Below are positions 1 through 7,895 of a stretch of DNA of 42,119 nucleotides, piece after piece; positions within the stretch are counted from its first letter, which is position 1; each line of letters starts with the position of its first letter. This stretch comes from a virus (taxonomy: Duplodnaviria > Caudoviricetes), in the IMG/VR virus record IMGVR_UViG_3300025018_000046, positions 1 through 42,119 of that record. One strand, given 5' to 3'. The notes beneath the pieces were generated by a model. It had not been told where the DNA came from and made no database searches. It worked only from the letters and a program-made list of their open reading frames with translations. The translations under genes were made by a program, and so were the position numbers.

Positions 1-127
1 CTCAAGACAAAGACATTGCAGCGGTTGACGAGGCCATTGAGAAGCACGAAGCCGCCAACTCATTCCCCGAAGCGGACGGCATTCAATACCGTTCGGTGTG
101 GAAATACGAAATCACAGACGCCTCACA
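1..127. repeat. 127-bp terminal direct repeat, left copy (assembly overlap of a circular contig)
   Basis: Bases 1-127 (ctcaagac...gcctcaca) are identical to 41993-42119, and an ORF reads through the junction. Confidence 0.97.
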
Positions 128-257
128 AATCCCGCGTGAGTTCTTGTCTCCCGACCTCAAGCTCATCGGAGCTCACGTCACGCACCGCAAGGGCGCCGCG
201 GTGATTCCCGGCGTGCGCGTGTATGAAGACACCATCATTGCAGCGAAGAGCGCGTGA
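1..257 (+). CDS. C-terminal part of Gp157/Gam-like coiled-coil protein (starts at 41335, crosses the junction)
   Basis: Manual translation: ...WKYEITDASQIPREFLSPDLKLIGAHVTHRKGAAVIPGVRVYEDTIIAAKSA*, TGA at 255-257. Not in the ORF track. Confidence 0.8.
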   Translation, partial: QDKDIAAVDEAIEKHEAANSFPEADGIQYRSVWKYEITDASQIPREFLSPDLKLIGAHVTHRKGAAVIPGVRVYEDTIIAAKSA

Positions 258-259
258 AG

Positions 260-538
260 ATGGCCATTCAACCCGTGAAGCCAAAAGAAGAAGAGTTGAG
301 CGCGTTCATTGAGCACCTCAAAGAGCACGGTGACAAAGACGCGCCGCCGTTGTCTTGGGGTAACATTGTTTGGGCCATCCAAGCCGGCCGTCTCGAGTGG
401 GTGCGCCCCGGCGTGCTAGGGGTGGTGGGTCACGTGAAGCCGTCAAAAGCTTCACTCTCAATCAACAAAGCGATAGCGGCGGGTCGCATGGGTTCACCCG
501 CTCAACAAGAGCTTGCAAAGAAGTTTGTGAAGCCATGA
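260..538 (+). CDS. hypothetical protein
   Basis: ORF MAIQPVKPKEEE..., coupled to neighbours (alternative GTG at 254; ATGA overlap at 535-538). Confidence 0.75.
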   Translation: MAIQPVKPKEEELSAFIEHLKEHGDKDAPPLSWGNIVWAIQAGRLEWVRPGVLGVVGHVKPSKASLSINKAIAAGRMGSPAQQELAKKFVKP

Positions 539-756
539 GCGACACCAAGCGCAAGCTCGCCTTCAACTCGGAAATCTACGCGGGGCACACCATGGGCCCG
601 GCCGTCGGCCCTTGGGCGCCCAAGACATACCCCGGTGAGCGCGTGATGTGGTGCCGGGGCTGCAAGGCCGACACTCGCCACACCGTTGAAGCCGAAGGTG
701 AAGATTGGCTTTGCGAAGAGCCTCACCACCAACTCAAGTTGCCCGGCTTCAAGTGA
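535..756 (+). CDS. small hypothetical protein, possible Zn-binding (CRGC...C...H)
   Basis: MSDTKRKLAFNSE..., ATG overlaps the upstream TGA. Confidence 0.7.
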   Translation: MSDTKRKLAFNSEIYAGHTMGPAVGPWAPKTYPGERVMWCRGCKADTRHTVEAEGEDWLCEEPHHQLKLPGFK

Positions 757-986
757 CTTGCCCGATTTGTAAGGGGCACGCCCGAGAGCCTTGGTCTTGC
801 CCGTGTCAAACCAACACGAGCCCCGCGCCTCATTCACCGTCTCGAGAGAAGGTGAATGAGGTGATGCGCTTGGCCGACTGCTACGCCGCCGCTTGGGCGG
901 TTTGGTATGCCGTCCCCACCGAAGCCGCGTTGCTCAAGGCGCGCGCCGCTCGTGAAGAACTCTTGAGGCTCACGGCAAGACCGTGA
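753..986 (+). CDS. small hypothetical protein with N-terminal Zn ribbon (CPIC...CPC)
   Basis: GTGA overlap with upstream stop; last plus-strand gene, 3' end overlaps the convergent gene at 970-986. Confidence 0.65.
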   Translation: MTCPICKGHAREPWSCPCQTNTSPAPHSPSREKVNEVMRLADCYAAAWAVWYAVPTEAALLKARAAREELLRLTARP

Positions 987-1548
987 CCGAGTGGCTTGAT
1001 TGCCGCGGGCAGCCCCGCGCGGGCACGCACCAAAAGTGATTGAGGGTGGGGCCGCACTCAAGCCTCACCCATCCCGCGCGGTGCGCTCTCGCATCATCCA
1101 TTGCGCCGCCCCAATGGTGGGGGTTGCCGTCACACGGGTTGCGGGGCTCTTCAACAAGTGCCGCCGCCTCTTCAAGACGGTACCGCCAAGCCGCCCGAAA
1201 GCTTTGCCAGTCATACCGCTCGGGCAAAGCTTCGGGGCGCTGTAGTGAGAAGCCAAGCGCGCTCACCCATGCTTGGCGCGCGTTGAGCGGCGGAGCCTCA
1301 CCGGTGGCCCGGCGGGAGTACCGCCGCGCCGAGCCCGCAAGGTCTTCACGGCCGCCCGGCCGATTCATCAACACTTGGTGAATCGCGGCCGGGTCGTTGG
1401 TGCCGCGGCGCCACGTGATTTCGCTCGTGACGATTCGCGCCAAGAGCAACACGTCTTCGGACTTGAGCCCGTTGACCGCGTTGACCTCCCGAGGCGAAAC
1501 GATGAGCGTGAGCCCGAGGATTACAGCAAAGAGTTTTCTTCTAGCCAT
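970..1548 (-). CDS. exported SleB/Hydrolase_2-like cell-wall hydrolase
   Basis: N-terminal signal (MARRKLFAVILGLTLIV...VNA); LLARIVTSE (catalytic Glu helix), HQVLMNR, and C-terminal GNPHHW...CGPTLNHFW resemble SleB-family motifs. Confidence 0.6.
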   Translation of the reverse strand: MARRKLFAVILGLTLIVSPREVNAVNGLKSEDVLLLARIVTSEITWRRGTNDPAAIHQVLMNRPGGREDLAGSARRYSRRATGEAPPLNARQAWVSALGFSLQRPEALPERYDWQSFRAAWRYRLEEAAALVEEPRNPCDGNPHHWGGAMDDARAHRAGWVRLECGPTLNHFWCVPARGCPRQSSHSVTVLP

Positions 1549-2063
1549 GAAATGCCGTCTCTCTCATCGGTTTGTGCGTAGGCGCTTCGCTCGTGTTCGG
1601 TGTCCCGATACACGCGCAAGCCGCGAAGCCAAGCCGCCAAGAAGTTGGTTGATTTCCAAGCGTAGGAGAAAACCCAAATCATGAGCGCCGCGCGCCACGT
1701 GGTGCCGGGGGAGATGGCCCACCAAGTGAACACGAAGGCCGCGAGCACAACCGAGCGCAAGGCATCATCTTCGGCTTGCCTCACGTGCACGTGCTCGTGT
1801 TCTTGGATTCGCGTTGGCACGGCCCCGACGGGCGCGCGGCGGCCGGGTTGGTAGATGATGGCGTGCCCGAGCGTGGTTGAGTATCGCCAGCGCTTAGCCG
1901 CCCACGGCCGCCAAACCGCGGTGAGCACGCCGCCGGGCTCAACCCTCAAGTCGTGCGCGGCGTAGATGGCCACCATGAGCAAGAGCCAAAACCAAGCGAT
2001 GATGTTGAACGGAATGGCCAAGGCCCAAAGGACCCAACGCCGGCGGGAGTAAATGGTTTGCAT
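1521..2063 (-). CDS. membrane-associated HExxH (zincin-like) metallopeptidase
   Basis: Start at ATG 2063 (MQTIYSRRRW); hydrophobic segments; TTLGHAIIY...HEHVHVRQ...YRDTEHERSAY. Confidence 0.65.
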   Translation of the reverse strand: MQTIYSRRRWVLWALAIPFNIIAWFWLLLMVAIYAAHDLRVEPGGVLTAVWRPWAAKRWRYSTTLGHAIIYQPGRRAPVGAVPTRIQEHEHVHVRQAEDDALRSVVLAAFVFTWWAISPGTTWRAALMIWVFSYAWKSTNFLAAWLRGLRVYRDTEHERSAYAQTDERDGISWLEENSLL

Positions 2064-2067
2064 CCCG

Positions 2068-2496
2068 CTACCTTGACGAAAAAACCAGCGCCGCACCACC
2101 CGCGCCGACAATGAGCCCGAAGAGCAACCAAAGCGCGGGGCTTCGCCAAATCGCATCGGCCCGCTTCTCGGCCGCTCGTGCGCGGCTTTCTTGGTGTCCG
2201 GCGCTTGCCTCCCAACGTGCGGCGGCTTGAGTCTCAAGCTCGAGCGCGCGCCGAAGCGCGGGGATTTCAACCTCAACCGCGAGCGTGAGTTGTTGCTCAA
2301 TGAGCCGGAATCTTGCCGCTTGTGCGCCGGAGCTCACGTCAAGTGCGTTCAAGCGTTGGGCTTCGGCAAGCTCAAACCAAACCCCCGGGCGGCCGTCGTG
2401 CTCGAGCGCCACCGCCGCGGGAGGCTGCCCGAGCGCAAGCGACGGCGCCAAGAGAGAAATCAACATTGCCCTAGTAAGGGTGGGCACTTCGCGCAT
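2068..2496 (-). CDS. signal peptide + coiled coil + C-terminal TM protein, spanin-like
   Basis: Signal-like MLISLLAPSLALG, helical middle, TM WRSPALWLLFGLIVGAGGAALVF; directly after the endolysin; start uncertain (2496/2487/2466). Confidence 0.6.
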   Translation of the reverse strand: MREVPTLTRAMLISLLAPSLALGQPPAAVALEHDGRPGVWFELAEAQRLNALDVSSGAQAARFRLIEQQLTLAVEVEIPALRRALELETQAAARWEASAGHQESRARAAEKRADAIWRSPALWLLFGLIVGAGGAALVFSSR

Positions 2497-3262
2497 CCCA
2501 TTGCTTCGGAATCGGCCGACCTCCCCCAAGCGTGAAGTCGTTGTCTACTTGCAGCCCGAGCACGGCAACGCCGTAGTCTAGCCCCACGCGTTGCCACATC
2601 TCTTCACCCGGGTCGCTTCGGCGCGTAGCAGCGCTTTGACGGTGGGCGCGAAGCAACTCAATCGGCATGCCGAGCGCGCGACCTTCATCAACCAAGAGCT
2701 TGAGCCCGCGGCGCGCCGTCTCAACGGTGAGGTCGGTCACCGGGTCAGGCTTGCCCTTCCAAGTGGTGCGCACGTCTTCGCGCACGGCCGTCGTCTTCGG
2801 GTCATCCATGAGCCCCGAATAGTGACCTTCAATCTCAAGACAAAGTGAGGTGCCGCTCAAACCGTTGGCGTGGTAGAGGTACCGCTCAAGGTCGTTGGAC
2901 CAAACCACCCACCCCTCACGAAACGCGAGCACGTGGCACGCAACACCTAACGCGCGGATTTGTTGAGCAAGCTCTTCATCCCCGCCGGCGGCCTTGAGGT
3001 GGTTGCGACCTACGCCGAAGTTGCACGCGGTTTGGTGAAGGGTCACCGCCGTGATTGTCTTGGGGTCGCTTCTCACCGTCTTGCCGCGGCGCACTTTGCT
3101 CTTCAGGCTTGGGTCGGTTTGAAGGTGCCGAAGGTCCACCACGTCAATGCCCGCGAACTCGGCCACGGTCACGGCGGCCGCCGGCTCGGGCGGCGGCGGG
3201 GTGCACTCCCGCTTGGCGCGCTGGCGCTTCTTCGGGGGCTTGGGCTTCATCGCGTCGGTCAT
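2471..3262 (-). CDS. endolysin, N-acetylmuramoyl-L-alanine amidase (Amidase_2)
   Basis: ITAVTLHQTA, ACHVL, YHANG, SLCLEIEG, RAHRQ, SDPG match Zn-amidase motifs. Confidence 0.88.
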   Translation of the reverse strand: MTDAMKPKPPKKRQRAKRECTPPPPEPAAAVTVAEFAGIDVVDLRHLQTDPSLKSKVRRGKTVRSDPKTITAVTLHQTACNFGVGRNHLKAAGGDEELAQQIRALGVACHVLAFREGWVVWSNDLERYLYHANGLSGTSLCLEIEGHYSGLMDDPKTTAVREDVRTTWKGKPDPVTDLTVETARRGLKLLVDEGRALGMPIELLRAHRQSAATRRSDPGEEMWQRVGLDYGVAVLGLQVDNDFTLGGGRPIPKQWDARSAHPY

Positions 3263-3600
3263 TGGTCCCGCCTCTTCTTGCGCTCATTGAACTCGGCCGC
3301 CACATCTTCGGCGGCCAACTCTCGAGACCTCAACCTCTCGCGGCGTAGGTCTTGGGTGATGATGTCATCTTGGGCGGCCAGTCGGGCCCGCTCGGCGGCG
3401 GCCGCGTCGGCTTGGGCTTTGTATACCCCCGCCTCGGTTTGAAGCACTTCGGCGGCCCCGGCGTCCCGCTCGGCGGCCGTCGCACTACGCGCCCCGCTAC
3501 GGGCCCGAAATCGGGCCAAGAGCCACGCGCCCCCCAAGAACGCCAAGAGCGCGGAAACCGCCGCCACGGCCCCGCGCCAACCCTTCCTGAGCCACCCCAT
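3259..3600 (-). CDS. i-spanin (Rz)-like protein
   Basis: MGWLRKGWRG, then an N-terminal TM and an Ala/Arg/Glu-rich coiled coil; between holin and endolysin. Confidence 0.6.
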   Translation of the reverse strand: MGWLRKGWRGAVAAVSALLAFLGGAWLLARFRARSGARSATAAERDAGAAEVLQTEAGVYKAQADAAAAERARLAAQDDIITQDLRRERLRSRELAAEDVAAEFNERKKRRDQ

Positions 3601-3605
3601 CAAAG

Positions 3606-3932
3606 CTAGTCTCGAGCCCTGAAGTTCTCGATGGCGGATTTGATGACCCCCACGATTGAGGCATAGCCCACCATCGCAATGCCGCCGGCCGTAGCGTAGG
3701 CCAACACGTAGCCCCCACACTCAACCCCGAAGACCTCGGGCACGGGGCCCTTGAGCCCGAAGAGCGCCAGCCCCAAGAGAGCCCCCACAAAGAGCGCGTG
3801 CGCTTTATAGGTCACGATGTAGACGCCCTTGAGACCCTTGTCTCCCGGCTTGGCGTTGACAAGTTTCTTGGCGACCTCACCAAGCATGCCGATGATGAAG
3901 GCGGCGGATAGTAGCGGAATCCATGGGCTCAT
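3606..3932 (-). CDS. holin-like protein, about 3 TM segments
   Basis: MSPWIPLLSAAFIIGMLGE..., three hydrophobic segments, charged C-terminus; purine-rich RBS upstream. Confidence 0.7.
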   Translation of the reverse strand: MSPWIPLLSAAFIIGMLGEVAKKLVNAKPGDKGLKGVYIVTYKAHALFVGALLGLALFGLKGPVPEVFGVECGGYVLAYATAGGIAMVGYASIVGVIKSAIENFRARD

Positions 3933-3963
3933 GTTGTTGGTGTCTCTCTTTCTTTCAAAGCGC

Positions 3964-4022
3964 CCGGTGAAGAGCAAAGGTGAGAAGAAGGGGGGGAGTT
4001 GAGCCCACCCCGCCCCCACCGG
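3964..4022 (-). promoter_or_regulatory. G-U-rich hairpin in the mRNA upstream of the holin-like gene
   Basis: Minus-strand arms ccggugggggcgggguggg and cucaccuuugcucuucaccgg pair using many G-U wobbles. Confidence 0.45.
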
Positions 4023-4023
4023 A

Positions 4024-4320
4024 CTATTTGCCGCGCTCGAGCGGCGGCGGCACGCTCGAGCCGCGCACGGCGGCAATCAAGCGGTCTTGGGAACCTTTGC
4101 GGCCGCGAAGCTTTCGCTCAAGCGTGCCGGCTTTCGAGACCGCCTCGACCATGGTCTCGGATGAAGAAGAGATGCGCTCATCAATCTCTTTGAAGAGCTT
4201 GGTGACTTGCGTCTCATCTTCTTCTTCATCTCGCTCAAAGAGTCTTTGCTCAATGAGCTTCTTCGGCTCGGCGGGCTCGGGCTCGGCGGCGTGACTCCCA
4301 AAAAACTTGAAGGGGCTCAT
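4024..4320 (-). CDS. hypothetical charged/coiled-coil protein
   Basis: MSPFKFFGSHAAEPE..., tightly spaced in the operon. Confidence 0.7.
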   Translation of the reverse strand: MSPFKFFGSHAAEPEPAEPKKLIEQRLFERDEEEDETQVTKLFKEIDERISSSSETMVEAVSKAGTLERKLRGRKGSQDRLIAAVRGSSVPPPLERGK

Positions 4321-4324
4321 GCGT

Positions 4325-4603
4325 TCAATCCTTTCCGTTGCCGGTGAGTTTGATGAGAACGTCAAGACTTGAAGAGAGCCGGCTCATTGCCTCATCAACC
4401 GAGGCAATGTGCTTGAACATGCTCTCTTGCATCTTGAGCGCATCGTTGAGGCGCTTCTCTTGAAGGTTCTCAAGGCGCTTGTGAAGCTCTTGGTTTTGAG
4501 CCCAAAGCGTGCGCACCGTTCCCCCGAAGAAGAAAAGCACGATGAAGAAGAGCGCGGCAACGACGCCCCCCTCTTGCAAAATGCGCCCTAGGAAATCCCA
4601 CAT
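4325..4603 (-). CDS. single-TM + coiled-coil protein (BhlA/UviB-like holin or antiholin candidate)
   Basis: ILQEGGVVAALFFIVLFFFGG TM followed by a heptad coil; immediately after the tail protein. Confidence 0.55.
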   Translation of the reverse strand: MWDFLGRILQEGGVVAALFFIVLFFFGGTVRTLWAQNQELHKRLENLQEKRLNDALKMQESMFKHIASVDEAMSRLSSSLDVLIKLTGNGKD

Positions 4604-4612
4604 AGCTCAAGC

Positions 4613-5803
4613 TTACAGCGCAAAGCCCGCGGTGCGTAGCCCTAAGCACACCCCGGGGTATGTTCCGAGACCCGCGGGGCATTGCCCGAAGAGAACCCAT
4701 TGAGAGTTGAGATATTTCGCACCCTCAACCGAGGCTTGAAGCTCGGGTTGAACTCCCCGCCACGTGACGCCGCCGTCAACCGAGTGAAGAAGTTCACCCG
4801 AGCCGCCCACGGCCAAGAAAGAGCCGGCGCCGTTGCTCTCAACCGACTTGAAGAGGGGATTGCCGAGCGTGGCCGGGATGCCCGCGCTTTGGTCAGTCCA
4901 CGTGATGCCGTCCGAAGAGGTGACGATTGCCCCCACGCCGCCCACTGCACACCACACATCTTGAACCGGGTCATAGGCCACATCCCGAAGGGCGCCCGGG
5001 GCCGAAGTGACCCCCGCGCTTCGGTCGGTCCAAGTGATGCCGTCGGGGCTCGTGAGAGCGGCGTCTTGGCCGACGGCAACAAACTGACCTTGCTCGGCCG
5101 ACCAACGCACCGCGTTGATGTTGTTGGTGGCCGCGGGGTTGGCTCGAGCCGTCCACGTGATGCCGTCGGGGCTCGTGAGAAAGCCCGCCGCGGATTGCCG
5201 GCACATCACGATAAGACCGCCGGGGTCTTCGGTGAGGCACATTCGGTTTGACGCGGCGTCGGGGTCAACGCGAGCCGTCCACGTCTCGCCCGTTGGGCTT
5301 GTCTCGATGGCCGAAACGCCGGTACCGCCGCCACAGTAAATCCAAAGACCGGCAACCGTTGAGTAGAAGAGGCAACGCGGGCCTTGAGGGCCGCCCACGG
5401 TGGTCGAGAATGAGACACCGGTCCACTGCCGCCCATCTCGAGAATAGGCCGGCGCGTCGGTGATGGCGTCCACCACGGCCACCATCCGCGGGACGCCCGC
5501 GCCGCCACCGTCGGGTGACCAATCGAGAACGTCAAACGTGCCGCCCGAAATGGTGGGGGTGTGGTCTTGAATGTTGATGACCGAATAGTTGAGCCATTGA
5601 GCATCAATCAAGAAGCCCGCCGCCTTTGCGATGGTGTTGAGCACGTGGTTGAGGTGTTGCGCCGGTGGCCGCTCGGTCGGCAAGAAGCCTTCGGCACGCT
5701 TGCCCGCAAGAGGGTCAACCTTCGTGGCCGTGCCGGCCGCCGGTGGGTTGGTGAAAAGGACATCGGTTGCCCACTCAACGGGGGTGATTGGTCTCGTGCT
5801 CAT
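4613..5803 (-). CDS. tail fibre / receptor-binding protein with BNR (Asp-box) beta-propeller
   Basis: N-terminal baseplate-anchor-like motif (EWATD...EGFLPTERPPAQHLN); repeats SRDGRQW, SPTGETW, SPDGITW x2, SSDGITW, SVDGGVTW. Confidence 0.8.
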   Translation of the reverse strand: MSTRPITPVEWATDVLFTNPPAAGTATKVDPLAGKRAEGFLPTERPPAQHLNHVLNTIAKAAGFLIDAQWLNYSVINIQDHTPTISGGTFDVLDWSPDGGGAGVPRMVAVVDAITDAPAYSRDGRQWTGVSFSTTVGGPQGPRCLFYSTVAGLWIYCGGGTGVSAIETSPTGETWTARVDPDAASNRMCLTEDPGGLIVMCRQSAAGFLTSPDGITWTARANPAATNNINAVRWSAEQGQFVAVGQDAALTSPDGITWTDRSAGVTSAPGALRDVAYDPVQDVWCAVGGVGAIVTSSDGITWTDQSAGIPATLGNPLFKSVESNGAGSFLAVGGSGELLHSVDGGVTWRGVQPELQASVEGAKYLNSQWVLFGQCPAGLGTYPGVCLGLRTAGFAL

Positions 5804-6495
5804 GTTGACCTCACGTCGGTTAGTTTGCCGCCAACGGCGGCGTCAAGGATGTTGCCCAATCCAAGGGCGGTGTCTAGTTGGCCGGTGGTGTCGGCATCAA
5901 GGGTGAACTGTTCAAGCGCGGGCTCGGTTGAAAAGATGAACTGAAACGAGACGCCGGCCGACTTAGCAGACCGAAGAAGGGTGAAAGCAATATCGGGGTC
6001 AAGTGTCCCGATGTCCGAAAGAAGAGCAAGGTGAAGCCCCGCCGGCGGCACTTCGGTGAGGCGGATGTCGGTTGCTTCAAGCGGGTCGGCAATGAGCCTC
6101 AAGATTTCAATCAACTCTTCGGGGCGCCCACTACTCAAGTTGATTTTGATTCGGGCCTTGATGAATGAGCGATAGTTGGCGTCAACGAAACCAAGCCGAG
6201 GTTGCCCGACGATTGAGCCGAGCGCGTCAAGTTGAGCGTCAACCGCGGTGTCAATCGTGCGTTCGGTGTAGAGGTCAAAGATGGCAACCTCAAGCTCTTG
6301 AATCTGCCCAACGAAGGTGCACAAGAGCGCATGCATGCGCGGCTTGTCTTCGTATTGAGCGATGAGACGCAAGACGGCTTCATCACAATGAGAGAGGTTC
6401 TCAACGGGCTCTTTGGGCAGCCCATCATCAAGCGACTCTTCAGTGAGAAGACCGGTGCCACCGGGGATGAGTGAATATGTTGAGGCGGTTGTCAC
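5800..6495 (-). CDS. baseplate wedge protein (DUF2612 / Mu gp48-like)
   Basis: TIDTAVDAQLDALGSIVGQPR...YRSFIKARIKIN motif; position before the tail fibre. Confidence 0.8.
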   Translation of the reverse strand: MTTASTYSLIPGGTGLLTEESLDDGLPKEPVENLSHCDEAVLRLIAQYEDKPRMHALLCTFVGQIQELEVAIFDLYTERTIDTAVDAQLDALGSIVGQPRLGFVDANYRSFIKARIKINLSSGRPEELIEILRLIADPLEATDIRLTEVPPAGLHLALLSDIGTLDPDIAFTLLRSAKSAGVSFQFIFSTEPALEQFTLDADTTGQLDTALGLGNILDAAVGGKLTDVRST

Positions 6496-6911
6496 GTTGC
6501 TTCACTCCCGCTTGAGTCGATGGCCACGGTGCGAAGAGTGAAGCCCGAAGGCCACCCGCCCGCACGACGGCACGAGAAGGCGAAGCCTCCCGAAATGACC
6601 GTGCGCGTTGAAAGTGCCGAGTAGGCTGCGGCAAAAGAAGTGCCATCATGAATCACTTCGTAGGCCCCCGAAGTGAACTCAACCAACACGAGGATTTTCG
6701 CGAAGCCCACATCATCGGTGACGTTGAACGAAATGGCGGTGCCGGCGCGAATCGCGCCCGGCGCCGGCGTGAGCCCGGTGACTTGGGGAGGCGCACCACC
6801 AACGACAACAACACGGGTGTTGCCCGTGATGAGTTGCCCGACCTTATCGTCCGAGAACTTGGTCTCGGCGAAGATGGCCCGGGGGATGAGTGCGCCGTCA
6901 AAGTCGGCCAT
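6492..6911 (-). CDS. putative tail-associated Ig-like beta-sandwich protein
   Basis: PPQVTGLTPAPG...ISFNVTDD...TVAIDSSGSE pattern typical of Ig-like domains. Confidence 0.55.
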   Translation of the reverse strand: MADFDGALIPRAIFAETKFSDDKVGQLITGNTRVVVVGGAPPQVTGLTPAPGAIRAGTAISFNVTDDVGFAKILVLVEFTSGAYEVIHDGTSFAAAYSALSTRTVISGGFAFSCRRAGGWPSGFTLRTVAIDSSGSEAT

Positions 6912-6912
6912 T

Positions 6913-7884
6913 TCAAATCAACGGTGTGACCGTATCGGGCCACGGCAAAAGGACATCATCAAACCGAATGAGCGCGCCCGGGTCACCTGCCGGTGAAGAT
7001 GTCCAAGCGGTTGTGAGGTTGAGCGTATCGTTTTCAGCCAACGCGGACTTGTTTGAAGCCGGGAAAAACACATCAAGAGTTGCGCCCTTGATGTTGGCAT
7101 CGGCGCCAACTCGGTCTTCAATGTAACCCCTCACAAAAGAGTGCTTGTTGTTGTAGGGGTTCACCACACCTTGAGATGAGAAGGTTGACCAACCGTCGGG
7201 CCGAGCCGCGCTCACAAGAGCTTCACCCGCGAGCCCCTTCTTGAACCACGTCTCCCAATCAATGTTTTCGTTCCACTGCCCGGAGATTGAAGCTTCAACC
7301 GAGCACGCCGGCACGATGTCTTCGGGCGCGTAGGTTCCGGGCTCAAGAGGCGTGAAGCAAAAACGTTTGCTCGCCACCCCCGTGCCCGTGACAATGGCAA
7401 CCCCGTGGAAGTGATAGAACCCAGCAACGCCCGCGACACTATCAACGCAAAAGTGCCAACGCTTCAAGTCCGCTTGGCCCGTGAGCCCCGCGAACGAAGC
7501 GTCAAAGCCACCGCTTGAGTTTTGCCCGATGAAGCAAACGGCCGTGCTCACCGCCGTCGGGCCCACCGTGGGCGTGCCGTCGTTGTTGAAGCCGTCCACA
7601 TCGTAGAAGGCGCGCCAACTGTAATCGGTGGTGCTTCTTTGAAACCACATCTCAAAGGTGCCCGCCGGCGCGCGCCAACGTTGCCAAGCGTTGTTGTTGC
7701 TTATCTGTCCAATCGTGGCCGGCGTTGCCGAGGTGGTGACGCTTGAGCCGTTGGAAAAATCAACGGCCACCCACCCCGCGGCGGTGAGACATGCGAAGAA
7801 CTCAAGAAGCCACTCGGCCCCGCCCGTAGGTGTTGACTGAAAGTTGACGTTGAACTTTTTTGACCCGCTTGTGACAACTGGCAT
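6913..7884 (-). CDS. putative tail/baseplate accessory structural protein
   Basis: Start MPVVTSGSKKF at ATG 7884; beta-rich, aromatic-rich; lies within the baseplate cluster. Confidence 0.65.
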   Translation of the reverse strand: MPVVTSGSKKFNVNFQSTPTGGAEWLLEFFACLTAAGWVAVDFSNGSSVTTSATPATIGQISNNNAWQRWRAPAGTFEMWFQRSTTDYSWRAFYDVDGFNNDGTPTVGPTAVSTAVCFIGQNSSGGFDASFAGLTGQADLKRWHFCVDSVAGVAGFYHFHGVAIVTGTGVASKRFCFTPLEPGTYAPEDIVPACSVEASISGQWNENIDWETWFKKGLAGEALVSAARPDGWSTFSSQGVVNPYNNKHSFVRGYIEDRVGADANIKGATLDVFFPASNKSALAENDTLNLTTAWTSSPAGDPGALIRFDDVLLPWPDTVTPLI

Positions 7885-7895
7885 TGGTTTCTTTC

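Noticed and set aside
4900-5300. Repeated gtgatgccgtcggggctcgtgaga segments as a DGR or DNA-level repeat system
   Set aside because: They encode the Asp-box repeats of the propeller; no reverse transcriptase or adenine-specific variation.
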